Positions 23,253 to 34,200 of a stretch of DNA of 41,031 nt are shown here, piece after piece. The DNA comes from a virus. Its lineage: Duplodnaviria > Caudoviricetes. The notes beneath the pieces were generated by a model. The model was not told the origin of the DNA, did no database searches, and saw only the letters and a list, made by a program, of their open reading frames with translations. Positions within the stretch are counted from its first letter, which is position 1, and every line of letters starts with the position of its first letter. The stretch is from positions 1 to 41,031 of IMG/VR virus record IMGVR_UViG_3300043765_000050; one strand, written 5' to 3'. The translations under genes and the position numbers were made by a program.

Positions 23253-24275
23253 ATGCCAGTCACCGGCGGTTTACTCCCTGCTGCGGGTCCACAGTTCAAT
23301 GAACTGGCTGCAATTACCCGCCGATGTTTCATCCCCCAATTGGTGATTCAGATTTACAATGCCTCGCCGCTCATGGCGTCGCTGTTATCTAACGCCCAGT
23401 CTGCCGGGGGTGGTGTTAGCTCGGTAACGGTTCCTGTGCAGGGTAGCCCGATGGTCGTTGCTTCCGCCGCGGGTTATGACGGTACCTTTGCGCCACCTCC
23501 GTCTTTACAGGGTGTGCAGGACGCGGAATTCAACTTGCAGTTGGTATTGACGCCGGTGCCTTTCCTTGGAACTGAGGGGCTGGTGCAGGTGGATCACGCA
23601 GTGATACCACTGATTCAAGCGAGAATGAATGATGCGACGAACGCGACGATGCATTTCATGGCGACCGATGCCTACTCCAACGTATCGCTCACTAACAATC
23701 GCGTTATCGGCCTCGACGGGGCAATTGACGATGGCACCAACATGGCGACCTACGGCAACATCAGCCGCACTACGAATACGTGGTGGCAGAGCTATGTTCG
23801 TGCTGCCGGTGCGGTCGCGCCCACCCGTAAGCTAGTTCTGCAGTGGCAGGTCGGGCTCAATAACTTCTGCGGTGAACATCCCTCCTTCGGGGTCACCGAT
23901 GCGGGGACGTGGGCTGCGCTCGCACAGGATTACGTGGGCGCAGAGAGCTACGTCATCACACCGGGGAACGCCTTTGATACCGATGGGGATCGACCGCGCG
24001 CGGCATTCAAGGCACTGGACGTGGCTGGCATGCCCGTTTTTATGGACCCATACGTACCCGCCGCCGATGCCGGCACACTCTACATGGTGAACAACAATTA
24101 CCTGAATGCGTATTGGCACGATCAAGCGGCGTTCAATTTCTCAGGATTTGAGTCAACCATACCGAATTATCAGTTGGGCTACCTCGGGGTGCTGGTCAAT
24201 TGCTGGCAGATTGTAAATACCAAGCCGAAGACCTGCGGACGCATCACGGGATTTACGCCGGTCGCGGGCCTATGA
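23253..24275 (+). CDS. Major capsid protein
   Basis: 340 aa; ELAAITRR.FIP.L..QIYN.SPL and GLDGAIDDGT..TYGNISR.T.TWWQS patterns; synteny. Confidence 0.85.
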   Translation: MPVTGGLLPAAGPQFNELAAITRRCFIPQLVIQIYNASPLMASLLSNAQSAGGGVSSVTVPVQGSPMVVASAAGYDGTFAPPPSLQGVQDAEFNLQLVLTPVPFLGTEGLVQVDHAVIPLIQARMNDATNATMHFMATDAYSNVSLTNNRVIGLDGAIDDGTNMATYGNISRTTNTWWQSYVRAAGAVAPTRKLVLQWQVGLNNFCGEHPSFGVTDAGTWAALAQDYVGAESYVITPGNAFDTDGDRPRAAFKALDVAGMPVFMDPYVPAADAGTLYMVNNNYLNAYWHDQAAFNFSGFESTIPNYQLGYLGVLVNCWQIVNTKPKTCGRITGFTPVAGL

Positions 24276-24685
24276 ACACCGTGCAGGTGAAGAACGGCTC
24301 GACACTCCGGCTGATCGGTCGCTTCGATGGCAGAGATTACCTGTTTCCGCCGGGCGGCATGACTTCGTTACCGGAGGATGCCGCCAATCACATTTTTGCA
24401 CTCAGGCAGGACAACAAGACTGGGGCATTGAACCGTCTGGGTATCCTGAAGCCCGGGGTTTCGATGGAAGAGGCGTTAGCGGTACTCGATAAACTGTCCT
24501 TCTCGAAAGGGCGCGTGGTATTCGAGGATTCTCAGCCCCTGTCCCAGCCTGACACTACTGATATCGGGGGAAACCTCAGCGCGCACTCAGGCCCCGGTGG
24601 GGATGCGGGGACTGCGGTTCCCGCTAACCCCCGTATCCCGGAGGCCTATCAGGCACATCTGCGCCAAACCAAACGCGGGGGGTAA
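24272..24685 (+). CDS. Hypothetical virion-region protein
   Basis: ATGA coupling to the major capsid gene; GRFDGRDYLFPPG. Confidence 0.65.
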   Translation: MNTVQVKNGSTLRLIGRFDGRDYLFPPGGMTSLPEDAANHIFALRQDNKTGALNRLGILKPGVSMEEALAVLDKLSFSKGRVVFEDSQPLSQPDTTDIGGNLSAHSGPGGDAGTAVPANPRIPEAYQAHLRQTKRGG

Positions 24686-25339
24686 GTGGGTGCACTGGAC
24701 ATTTACCGTACCCGCGTCCGCCGACTGTTGACAGATGGGCAGGGACAGTTCTTTTCCGATGTTGAACTGACCGATCACATCAATCAGGCGCGGGTGCGGG
24801 TGGCGTCCGATACCAAGTGCCTGCGGCAATTGATCCTCAACGTCACGTTGCCGGCCAATCAGGAACTGTACAACATCGTTGAAACCGTGAATGACGGCAT
24901 ACCGCCCAATCTCGGGCTGAACGTCATTGAAGTGCTGGGGGTGACGATCTACTGGGGCAACATGCGGGTGCGCTGCCTCAATCGTCCCTTTACTGAGCAG
25001 GACGCCAAGCTTCGCATCTGGCAGTACTACCAGTCCCGTCCGGGCAGTCTTGCCATGATGGGAGCGAATACCCTGTACCTGAATCCGACCCCTGACCAGC
25101 CGTATCAGTCTGACTGGGACGTGGTGCTGGTGCCGCATCCGCTCACGACTTCTTCTGATCTTGAGGTACTGCCGGTGGTGTTTCAGCCGCTGGTGCAGTT
25201 TTATGCCGCGCACCTCGCTAAGTACACCGAACAGTCGATCAGCGAATCTGACATTTTCTTCAGGAAATACCTGATGGAGCGGCAGGCAATGTCGTGGGGC
25301 TTCATGTCAGCGCGGGTGCGCGATTCTTACCGGAGGTGA
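24686..25339 (+). CDS. Head-tail adaptor / tail tubular protein A-like
   Basis: Y..RVRRLL.D...F.SD.ELTD.IN.AR and L.PTPDQ.Y...LP..F..LV.FYAA.LA are typical adaptor patterns. Confidence 0.75.
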   Translation: MGALDIYRTRVRRLLTDGQGQFFSDVELTDHINQARVRVASDTKCLRQLILNVTLPANQELYNIVETVNDGIPPNLGLNVIEVLGVTIYWGNMRVRCLNRPFTEQDAKLRIWQYYQSRPGSLAMMGANTLYLNPTPDQPYQSDWDVVLVPHPLTTSSDLEVLPVVFQPLVQFYAAHLAKYTEQSISESDIFFRKYLMERQAMSWGFMSARVRDSYRR

Positions 25340-25342
25340 TTT

Positions 25343-25846
25343 ATGGCTGGTGGTAATCAATGGTGGACCGATAGCAATCCCAATCCGCCTTCTCCGCCCC
25401 CGGCACTGTATGTGCTGAATCCGATTCTCGCGCCACCGACCCTACCGCCGACGAAAGTGCCGCCGACAGCGTGGCCCACCGCAACGATTGCCGGTTCGCT
25501 CACGCAACCGTATCGCTTTCCGCTACCGATGAATCCACTGGTGGCGAACATGGGGCCGCAGGTTGCGCCGATGAAGTTTCCGACTCCGCCAACTATCACC
25601 ACCACCTCCCCGTTGCCGAACGCGACACATGCCGTGGCGTACACGCAGACGTTCGCAGCCACGGGTGGCGTGACGGCATATACGTGGGCAGCGACGAATC
25701 TGCCTGCGGGCCTCACCATGTCAACGGCAGGAGTGCTGTCCGGTACGGTGGCAGCAGCGGGTGGGCCATACAAGATTTCGGTGACCGTCACGGGTGCGGA
25801 TCTGGGTGCAGGGCCCCCGCAGATTTTCTCGCTGACCGTGGTGTGA
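25343..25846 (+). CDS. Putative Ig-domain (He_PIG-like) virion decoration protein
   Basis: ITTTSPLPNAT..AYTQTFAATGG..YTW..LPAGLTMS..GVLSGT. Confidence 0.75.
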   Translation: MAGGNQWWTDSNPNPPSPPPALYVLNPILAPPTLPPTKVPPTAWPTATIAGSLTQPYRFPLPMNPLVANMGPQVAPMKFPTPPTITTTSPLPNATHAVAYTQTFAATGGVTAYTWAATNLPAGLTMSTAGVLSGTVAAAGGPYKISVTVTGADLGAGPPQIFSLTVV

Positions 25847-25847
25847 T

Positions 25848-27608
25848 GTGGCACAGCGCGTCGAAACCCGCGAGGAACGTCCGCTCAAGAGTTTCTGGCT
25901 CAAGGATTTCCTCGCGGTCGATACGACCAACAGCCGTATTGCGCTGCCCAATCAGGCGTGCATGTCCGACTTGCTGAATGCCCAGCCGGTCGGCTTCTCC
26001 AATATCCATTCGATTGCCGACATCTCCGCGGAACTGTTCGACTTCGGCGCGCACACCATCTATGCCAAGTTTGACGTCAACATCAATGGTACCGAATACC
26101 TGATCTGCGCAGCACAGGATGGCACGTTGTGGTACTACGATGTTGATTCCGGCGTGGCTGAGCAGATGGGTGCCGGCATGGCGACGGATATGTCAGCCAA
26201 GGTGGTGCAGTACGATTATTCCACCGCTCTGGTGCTCGATAGCAGCAATTACTGGTACTGGAAAGGTCCTTCCGTTCAGACTTCAGAGGGTATCCGCAAT
26301 GTGTGGATACTGCCGGTAGACCCTCAGGGCACGGGCGGTGCGCCGGTCGGTGGGGATGCCATCGCGGTCTACAACAACATGGTGTGGATAGCGGCGGGCC
26401 GGCAACTGTATTACTCGAAAGCCGGTGCCGCCACTGATACCCCGCCCGCTTACTCCAATTTTCTCACTAGTAGCGGTGGCGGTTATAGCGATCTGACGGA
26501 CGCGACGCTCCGCAGCCGGGTCACCGGCATGATTGCCGCGAATGGCTACCTGTACCTGTTTGGTGAGACTTCGATTGATGCCATCAGTGACGTTTATGTG
26601 CCTTCGGGCCTGACCACGCCGACCTTTACGCGATTGAATCTGACTGCCATCGTCGGCACCGATCAGCCGCATTCGATCTTTGCACTGGGCCGGCTGATCC
26701 TGTTCGCCAACAAGTACGGCATGTGGATGATCTATGGCATGACGGTGCAGACCATCAGCGGTACCGACCCGTCCAATCAGTACTTGTCGGAAATCGACGG
26801 CACCATTCAGTACCTGAATTTCAATCATTACGTTGCCGGGCAGCAGTGGCTCAACAATTCCAATCAGGCTGCGGGCTGGGAGAATAACGACAATCAGCAG
26901 GTGTTCTGGCAGATGGCGAACGTCACGCCTTACGTGCAGACCATCTCCGGCGGGCAGGTTATCTCCAATCGGCTGATGAATGGTGCGTTTCTCGTGGTGC
27001 GCCAGAATGACCCGATCTTTGGCAGTGGTGCACTGATCCTGATGTACCAGTCCGATGCTGCGGGCGGCAAGTGGTGGTCAGCGCTTTATACCGCTGCGGG
27101 TGAAATGACCTTCATCTGTACTGCGATGGTAGCGAAGCAGCCGGCACTGTTCTGTCTCATCAACAACCGGCTGTACCAGATACTTGCGGACCTGACTTCA
27201 TCCCCGGCAGCGCGTATCAAGACAGGGTTATGGGACTTAGGGGATCCGCTCACCATGAAGCAAGCGGTGCGGGCAGGAGTGCGGGTGTCGATCTATGGGG
27301 ATCCGGCGGAAGCGCAGATGAATGTCTATCTCGATACGCTGCGTCAGTCTTTCCCGGTGGAGCTTGGTCATATCGGTGCAATCCAATGGGTGACTAATAT
27401 AGAGAATCCGGTAGCGTGGATGCGGTCGGACGATTACACGGAGGTTTATTGGATTGACCCGGTGCCGTACCTGAATTACTGGGGCAAGGCTCCGGAGTGC
27501 TACTCGCCGTACCTCGGTTTCACCATCACCACCGAAGAGGGCACGGTGTTTGAATTGAATCAACTGGCACTCGATTACAAGCTGGCCGCGCGCTGGACGG
27601 GGATCTGA
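25848..27608 (+). CDS. Tail tube B / packaged-DNA stabilization (nozzle) protein
   Basis: 586 aa, beta-propeller-like composition, position after the adaptor. Confidence 0.7.
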   Translation: MAQRVETREERPLKSFWLKDFLAVDTTNSRIALPNQACMSDLLNAQPVGFSNIHSIADISAELFDFGAHTIYAKFDVNINGTEYLICAAQDGTLWYYDVDSGVAEQMGAGMATDMSAKVVQYDYSTALVLDSSNYWYWKGPSVQTSEGIRNVWILPVDPQGTGGAPVGGDAIAVYNNMVWIAAGRQLYYSKAGAATDTPPAYSNFLTSSGGGYSDLTDATLRSRVTGMIAANGYLYLFGETSIDAISDVYVPSGLTTPTFTRLNLTAIVGTDQPHSIFALGRLILFANKYGMWMIYGMTVQTISGTDPSNQYLSEIDGTIQYLNFNHYVAGQQWLNNSNQAAGWENNDNQQVFWQMANVTPYVQTISGGQVISNRLMNGAFLVVRQNDPIFGSGALILMYQSDAAGGKWWSALYTAAGEMTFICTAMVAKQPALFCLINNRLYQILADLTSSPAARIKTGLWDLGDPLTMKQAVRAGVRVSIYGDPAEAQMNVYLDTLRQSFPVELGHIGAIQWVTNIENPVAWMRSDDYTEVYWIDPVPYLNYWGKAPECYSPYLGFTITTEEGTVFELNQLALDYKLAARWTGI

Positions 27609-27609
27609 T

Positions 27610-28011
27610 ATGTCAGTCGTGACCCCTTTCGGTGAGATGTTCCTCAACGATCAGAAGGCGGAGAGTGCGTGGCTGGATGCCCATAACCGCCGGCACCATG
27701 TGTATACGGTCAATCAGCAACTTCCCGGTAACAGCATCTTTGATGGACCGGTGGATGGGGATTGGATGCTCCGGCATACCATGACGCATACCACGCTCGC
27801 CAATCTCGCTCACGAACCGCTCACCAGTGCCAACGTCATTGCGTTGGGCCTGCCGGGACGCTGGAAGACGGAGCAGGAACTGGATGACTGGCATGCCTTG
27901 CACAACCGTCTGCATTTCATCATTGATCATCGCTTGGGAGTCGCAGGACATACGGCGCATTTTGGTGCTCGTCCCGTGACGCCACGCCCGCCCCCGGGAC
28001 CACTGCCCTAG
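27610..28011 (+). CDS. His/Trp-rich hypothetical protein
   Basis: Three WxxxHxxxH repeats (WLDAHNRRH, WMLRHTMTH, WHALHNRLH). Confidence 0.7.
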   Translation: MSVVTPFGEMFLNDQKAESAWLDAHNRRHHVYTVNQQLPGNSIFDGPVDGDWMLRHTMTHTTLANLAHEPLTSANVIALGLPGRWKTEQELDDWHALHNRLHFIIDHRLGVAGHTAHFGARPVTPRPPPGPLP

Positions 28012-28020
28012 GAGAAGCAC

Positions 28021-31000
28021 ATGGCCGGCAATGTGACAGGTCTACACCAGTTTCAGAACGACGTGGGGCCGATCCCGCTGGCGTTGCTCGATACCAATTA
28101 CTCAGCGCTTGCGGTGGCATTCAATACGCTGGGCAATTTCTCCAACTTCTACATCGATGTGGGGACGTTGAATGCGCTCAATGTCCAGACTGCCACTACT
28201 CAGTTCGTTTCCTATACCGATGGCTTGCGGTTACTGGTGCGGGTTGCCAATACGGTGACTTCGGGTCAGCCGACGCTGAATGTCAATAATCTGGGCCCGG
28301 TCGTTATTACCAACGGAGATGGCAGCGCAATCGGCGGCGGGCAGATTACCGCGGGCAGCATCGTGACGCTGACCTTCAACCAGCCGCGTAACCGCTTTGA
28401 ATTGCTGATGGGCGGCGGGGGTGGCGGCAGTAGCGGTAATCTTGGTAGTGCTCGCGTGGGTCCAAGTGGTGAGTGGTATATCGGGCCGCCGACTTCCGCG
28501 TTAAGCACACTGAATTTGTTTGCGCCGGTGGGTAATGGTGCGCTGACCGTTGATGGTGGGGGGCCGCAGACGCAAGCGGGTATTTGGGCCGCGCAAATTT
28601 GGGCCGGAGGTGCCGCTGGACAAGCGCCGGGTTTTGCTAATGCCTTGCGGGTAAACGGTGGCACTAACGCCAATGACCAAGCCTTTGCAGTTTGGAATGC
28701 TCCCGCATCTGCAGGTGCCGCTTCAACAACGCAGTTCATGGGGATTAGGGGCGATGGTAGCGGATGGCTGGGAGCGTTCGCTTCCCCCGGTGGTACCGAT
28801 CCGCCCTACGCTCCGTTGGTTTGGTCATCGAACGGCTGGTATGCGGTAGGGCCGCCGAAGCCGGGCCCTTACGTGGCGTTCAATGTTTTCGCCTCCGTTA
28901 ATAACACCGGTTTTTGGGTGGTCGATGCGGCGCACACGCAGGCCGGAGTGTTCAATGCGATTATCGGTGGCGGTAATGCCCCGGCAGGCTTCAGTAACGG
29001 TTTAAGCGTGCGGGCCGGAACCAACGCTAATGATGTGGCATTCAATGTACAGAATTCCGCGGGCGCGCTGACATTTTTCCAGATCAACGGTGACGGTTCT
29101 GGATGGCTTGGGCCCAGTGCCGCCAATGCTTTGCACTGGAGTAATGTTGGCACTTTCTCAACGTCAGGCACCGCGAGCCTTCCCGGCGGCGGCACGGGTG
29201 GCAGTAACGCACTCTCGCAATTGACTGACGTCAGCGTTTCCAATATGACGAGTGGGCAGGTGCTCACATGGAATAGCGGCGTGTCACGCTGGATCAATTC
29301 CGGTGTTCCGACGCCTCCGCCGCCCTCACTCGCACAACTGACCGGTGTGTCGATTACGAGCCCGGTCGCTAATCAAGTGCTTACTTTCAATGGTACGGCG
29401 TGGATAAATGCGGCCCCGACTGGTGGTGGCGGCGCGGCGAACTTAGGTATTGCGACCGTCGATGCCGTACAAGGCGACTGGACGTTCAACATACCGAACG
29501 CACCTTCGACTCATACCACTGTTGTGATGAAATCGCCTGCCAATAACATGGCGTTAGCGCTGGAGAACGGTGCGGCCAATACGGTCGCCGGCAATTTCCT
29601 GTGCAATATGTGGGCGGGTGGCGTTACTGGGCAGGCTGCGGGGCTTGCGAACGGCTTAGGTATTCATGCCGGCACCAACGCCAACGATCAGGCGTTTGCC
29701 GTATGGAATGGACCTGCCAGTTCCGGCGGAGCCTCCACGTTGCAGTTCATGAGCATCAGGGGTGATGGCTCGGGATTTTTAGGCCCCGCGGCGGGTAAGG
29801 GTATTAGTTGGGATATCAACGGTAATGTCATGTTTACCTTGCCCGCGGCAACCGCTGGCGGCCAGTGGTACATGCAGCTAGGCCCCTCGACGCCTGCCTC
29901 GCCTGCTGGCATGTCGAACGGCTTGCAGATTTACGCTGGCACCAACGCGCAGGATGCGGCGCTATCAGTATTTAATGAAGCGGCGGGGGCTGAGTTTTTC
30001 CATATACGCGGGGATGGCTCAGGTTGGATTGGGCCTTCGGCGGCGAACTGCCTGACGTGGAATACCACGGGTGGTTTTTCAACGCTGGGCACGGCCACGC
30101 TTCCGGGTGGTGGTGGTGGCGGCACGGTGACTCCACCGGTAGTTTGGACTGACACGGGTGCATTGGGTGCCGGCAATCCAATACTGCGATTGACTACATT
30201 GTCGGGCGGCCAAACGTGGGCACAGGACATCATTTGCGGTACTGGCGGCACGACTGCTGTCGGCGGTCAGGGTTTGCGGATACAGGCCGGCAGTGGCACC
30301 GATGCGGCTACGAGTCACTGTTTCTTGGTGCAATCGCTCGGATATTCATTCAATTACTTGGCTATCAACCAAAACGGTGCCGGTCAGCTTGGACCTAACA
30401 ACACCAACTTCATGAGTTGGGATACGAGCGCGAATTATAGGCTCGTCGGTAGCGCTAATCTCATCGCGCCCAACATGGTTGGGCCTACCGTGATAGCGCA
30501 ACCTAGTGCCGCAACGAGCGGCGCTGCGCTGACTGTCAACAGCGGTGGAGTGGCTGGCGCGTGGGGCTTGATTGTCGGTGTGGGGGCCGGGCATGGTTTG
30601 GGTATTCAAGGCGGCACCGGTACCGCGAATTTGATGCGTGCGGTGGATTCGACTTGGACAACCTCTTTCTTTCAGATCGCTAGCACTGGCTCGATCACGA
30701 TGGCAGCGCTCCTGTCCAGTGCCAGTGCCGCGAACGTCTACCGGGATGCCACCGGTATTCTTTACGGTTCGACCAGTGCGCGCCGCTACAAAACCAACAT
30801 TCGCGCCGTGACGCGCAAGAAAGCTCGCGATGTGGTGAAGCGCTTGCGCGCCGTGACGTTCAGATCGTTGTGCGAAGGGGATGACCCCAAGCAGAATTAT
30901 TACGGACTGGTGGCGGAGGATGTTGCTGCGGTCGATCCGGGGCTAGTGAATTTCGATAAGGATGGCAAACCCTCGGGCGTGCAATATGAACGTGTGTTGC

Positions 31001-31047
31001 TGATGTTGTTACCCCTCATGCAGGAGTTATTAGATGGCACAGCTTAG
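28021..31047 (+). CDS. Tail fibre with a C-terminal intramolecular chaperone (peptidase S74-like)
   Basis: N-terminal IPLALLDTNY anchor; Gly-rich repeats; C-terminal SARRYKTNI...YGLVAEDV..V.P.LV...V.Y. Confidence 0.85.
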   Translation: MAGNVTGLHQFQNDVGPIPLALLDTNYSALAVAFNTLGNFSNFYIDVGTLNALNVQTATTQFVSYTDGLRLLVRVANTVTSGQPTLNVNNLGPVVITNGDGSAIGGGQITAGSIVTLTFNQPRNRFELLMGGGGGGSSGNLGSARVGPSGEWYIGPPTSALSTLNLFAPVGNGALTVDGGGPQTQAGIWAAQIWAGGAAGQAPGFANALRVNGGTNANDQAFAVWNAPASAGAASTTQFMGIRGDGSGWLGAFASPGGTDPPYAPLVWSSNGWYAVGPPKPGPYVAFNVFASVNNTGFWVVDAAHTQAGVFNAIIGGGNAPAGFSNGLSVRAGTNANDVAFNVQNSAGALTFFQINGDGSGWLGPSAANALHWSNVGTFSTSGTASLPGGGTGGSNALSQLTDVSVSNMTSGQVLTWNSGVSRWINSGVPTPPPPSLAQLTGVSITSPVANQVLTFNGTAWINAAPTGGGGAANLGIATVDAVQGDWTFNIPNAPSTHTTVVMKSPANNMALALENGAANTVAGNFLCNMWAGGVTGQAAGLANGLGIHAGTNANDQAFAVWNGPASSGGASTLQFMSIRGDGSGFLGPAAGKGISWDINGNVMFTLPAATAGGQWYMQLGPSTPASPAGMSNGLQIYAGTNAQDAALSVFNEAAGAEFFHIRGDGSGWIGPSAANCLTWNTTGGFSTLGTATLPGGGGGGTVTPPVVWTDTGALGAGNPILRLTTLSGGQTWAQDIICGTGGTTAVGGQGLRIQAGSGTDAATSHCFLVQSLGYSFNYLAINQNGAGQLGPNNTNFMSWDTSANYRLVGSANLIAPNMVGPTVIAQPSAATSGAALTVNSGGVAGAWGLIVGVGAGHGLGIQGGTGTANLMRAVDSTWTTSFFQIASTGSITMAALLSSASAANVYRDATGILYGSTSARRYKTNIRAVTRKKARDVVKRLRAVTFRSLCEGDDPKQNYYGLVAEDVAAVDPGLVNFDKDGKPSGVQYERVLLMLLPLMQELLDGTA

Positions 31048-31210
31048 CGTCAAACTGGAACAGAACGACTGGCAATTGCTGTTGTTCGCGGCACAGATCA
31101 GCGGCAATGCCATGCAATCGCTGGTCGGTAAGATTACGGAGCAACTGCAGCCGCAGATGAATCCGCCGCCAGCGAGGGCCGATGGTGAAGACAAGACTGC
31201 GGTGAACTGA
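31034..31210 (+). CDS. 58-aa protein after the tail fibre (possible assembly chaperone; not in the ORF track)
   Basis: CAGGAG SD; MAQLSVKLEQNDWQLLLFAAQ...ITEQLQPQ. Confidence 0.65.
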   Translation: MAQLSVKLEQNDWQLLLFAAQISGNAMQSLVGKITEQLQPQMNPPPARADGEDKTAVN

Positions 31211-31211
31211 C

Positions 31212-34200
31212 ATGCCTGCCATCATCACCATCCAGCGCAAGCAGAGCACTGCCCCTCCCCCGGTCGCACCGACCATCACCTCAACCTCGCCACTTCCCGG
31301 TGCGGTCATAAATACGCCTTATACCTACACGTTTACGGCGACTGGGGGCACGACGCCCTATACTTGGGCTGGTACCAGTCTACCGGCGGGCCTGACACTT
31401 TCCTCGGCGGGCGTGCTTTCGGGAACACCAACCACCACCGCCACCAGTTCGCTCAGTGTGACGGTCACCGGTGGCGGCCTAACATCCGCGGCGCAGCTGT
31501 TTTCACTCACGGTCAATCCGGCCATTTCAACAACGTGGCACCACGGCGACGTGATCACGTTGACGCTGCCGGCCGGCCTTGCCAGCTTTGGCAGCAAGAA
31601 AGCGCAGACGCCTGACATCTATGACTTCGGGCAGGATGGGCCGGGAGTGCTCAACAACGCTTACAGCAACACGTGCCCATATTTGTTCACCGGTGCAAAC
31701 GCACAGTGGAACATCACTAACCGCATGGTGCCATTTTGGGGATCGAGTAACGTCCTGCCGATCAACGCGCCCGATCCTTATACCAAGGTGATTTCTGCAG
31801 GGTGTTTCGCCGCCTACTTTCAGGAGAGCATCCCGCCGGATACCGGGCAAAATGCCGCAGGCATGTTCGTAACACTTACCAACTGGTGGAACCCGGGAGC
31901 GGCGCCGTTCAACATGCCGACCGATTCAGTGTGGTCAGTGCATGAGTGGTACATGGGTTATGGCCCGGATGGCTGGAACTTTGCCGCGCCGTTCTCCTAC
32001 CAGTTCACCGGTACATTTACCGCTGGCAGTCCGACCGTAACAGGGCTCAGTCAGACTGACGCCAACATGCTTTACTTGATGACGGTGTATGCGAATTTCA
32101 TCGACTACATTGCTGCGACGAGCGGTTCTCTTTACGTGCCTTCCAACACTAAGATCAGTTCAGTCGATACCGTTGGCCTCACGTTCACCATGAATGCGAA
32201 TGCCACGACTACCGGCACCACCAGCACGCATTACGCATTTCGCCTGGGATTCGATAACAACTGCAAAATTTGGGACATCAATTACGGTCCTTACGGCGCT
32301 ATCGCTTACAACAACATTCCCGCCGACTCCTACGAAATGCACAAGCGCTATAGCTCACAAAGCGAAACGCCCGGATACGGTGCAGGCCAGAATACGCAGT
32401 GGTCATGGTGGAATTCTTCGCGGGGTAGCACCATTCCTACCAACTATTCCACGCAGGTTTCACTGGTGGCTGATGTGGGTATCGGAATGGGCACCGATCC
32501 GGCGCAGTCACCATTCCAGCCCGCCACCAGCGGTGGAGGTATCTACGGCCCTAAAAGCGTACCGAACATAACCGATCCAACAACCCAATTGAACGGTCAT
32601 ACCATTGGCCCGTGGTGCAAGATGACCGCCATCACGCGTTGGGACAGCAATCTCAACGGACCCGGCTGGCGCCACACCTACTGCAACAACGTGTTAGGAA
32701 TTGACTACAAGAATCGCAATCCGCCAATCACGCAGACTATGTACAACCCGCTGCCCGCAGCGCCTAATGGTGTAATTGAGACGATTGGCGGCTATCGGCG
32801 CAACTGTGGGCAATCCGGCTGGCCCCCGTGGTACAACCAGACCGGTATGTCGAACCAGCGTAATAACTGGGGCATGTTTGCTTGTCACGGACTCGACCGT
32901 CAGCCGCAAGCCAACGGCCTCGGGCGCTTTGTCCTTACCAATGATTCAGCTTGGACGCAGGGCGGTGGCACATTAGGTGAGATTCAGTGGGGCTGGACGG
33001 CTTGGTCGCCCACGACTGTCACCTTGGGCAAAGGATTGTATGTTGGCAATGTAAACCTCGGTGCCGCGTATCTTTTTTTCATTGACGAGGCGAATGGTAT
33101 CGCGCCAACGCTGGTGGCTTCCGGCACGCTCGCGGCACCCTCTGTCGGCTTCGATTACTACATCTCTACTACTGGCAGCGACAGCAACACTGGCACGCTC
33201 GCTAGCCCGTGGGCGATTACTGCCATCAACAGCAAACAAGCCACCTATGCCGGCAAGCGCTTAGGGCTCATGGCCGGTACCTACGATGTCAGTAGCTTGA
33301 TGAATGCGAATAACAGTACAGCGCTCAACATCCAAGGCGGCCTGTTAACTGGCGCATCGCGCTGGCCAACGTATATCGGGGCCTGTGACGCTAACGGCCA
33401 TTACGCGCAAGGCGTCGTGACACTCGATGCCTACGGGGCAAGTGGGCAGTACGGCGGCGGTAACGGCAACCGTAGCGCGATCATTGGACAGGATAATTAC
33501 GGTGGTGTGGTGCCGACCAACAAGGGCAATTGGACACTCGACGGGATCGTGCTGTCGGGATTCTCGCTGTGGGCAGTGCATGTCGGCAGCTATGATGGCA
33601 CGTTCGGCGTGTGCCCCAACGTCACCATTCAGAACTGCACCTTTACCAACGGCAGCGCGCAGAACTCCACGGTTGCCAGCGGCGTAAACGTGGGTCCGCT
33701 GGTGCTCTACAGTTATTCCAATTGCGCCGTGCAGAACTGCAAATTCCTCAACAACTTGGGCTGGACCGATAACATTCACTTTGCCGCCATGTACGTGTGG
33801 GGCGGGCTCGCCAGCAATCCCAGTTCGCTCTACCTGCGCGTGCACCAGTGTACGTTTATCAACAGCGGGTGCATTTATGGCAAGACGGACTCCGGGTACA
33901 TTTACGGCACCACAATCGGTAACTGTTACTTCGACATGACGCAGAAAACGCCTACCGGCGGGCAGTCAATGGCGATTCAGGGATTCTCCTGCCCCGGCGG
34001 CGACCAGCTTAGAAACCAAAGTGCGTTTCATCACAACATCATCGTCGGCAACATGGCGATGGACCTTGAGCCGCAGCAGGCCACGGGCTTGATGAAGTGG
34101 ACGACGCCGATCAACTGTTTCAACAATACATGGATACTCAATAACACGCAGGGCAGTATTGGGCCGGGATTCCGCTTTTGGGGCTTCACCGGATTCGCAC

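Noticed and set aside
25343-31520. Diversity-generating retroelement TR/VR pair (duplicated Ig or fibre segments)
   Set aside because: There is no reverse transcriptase, both copies are coding, and the differences are not adenine-specific.
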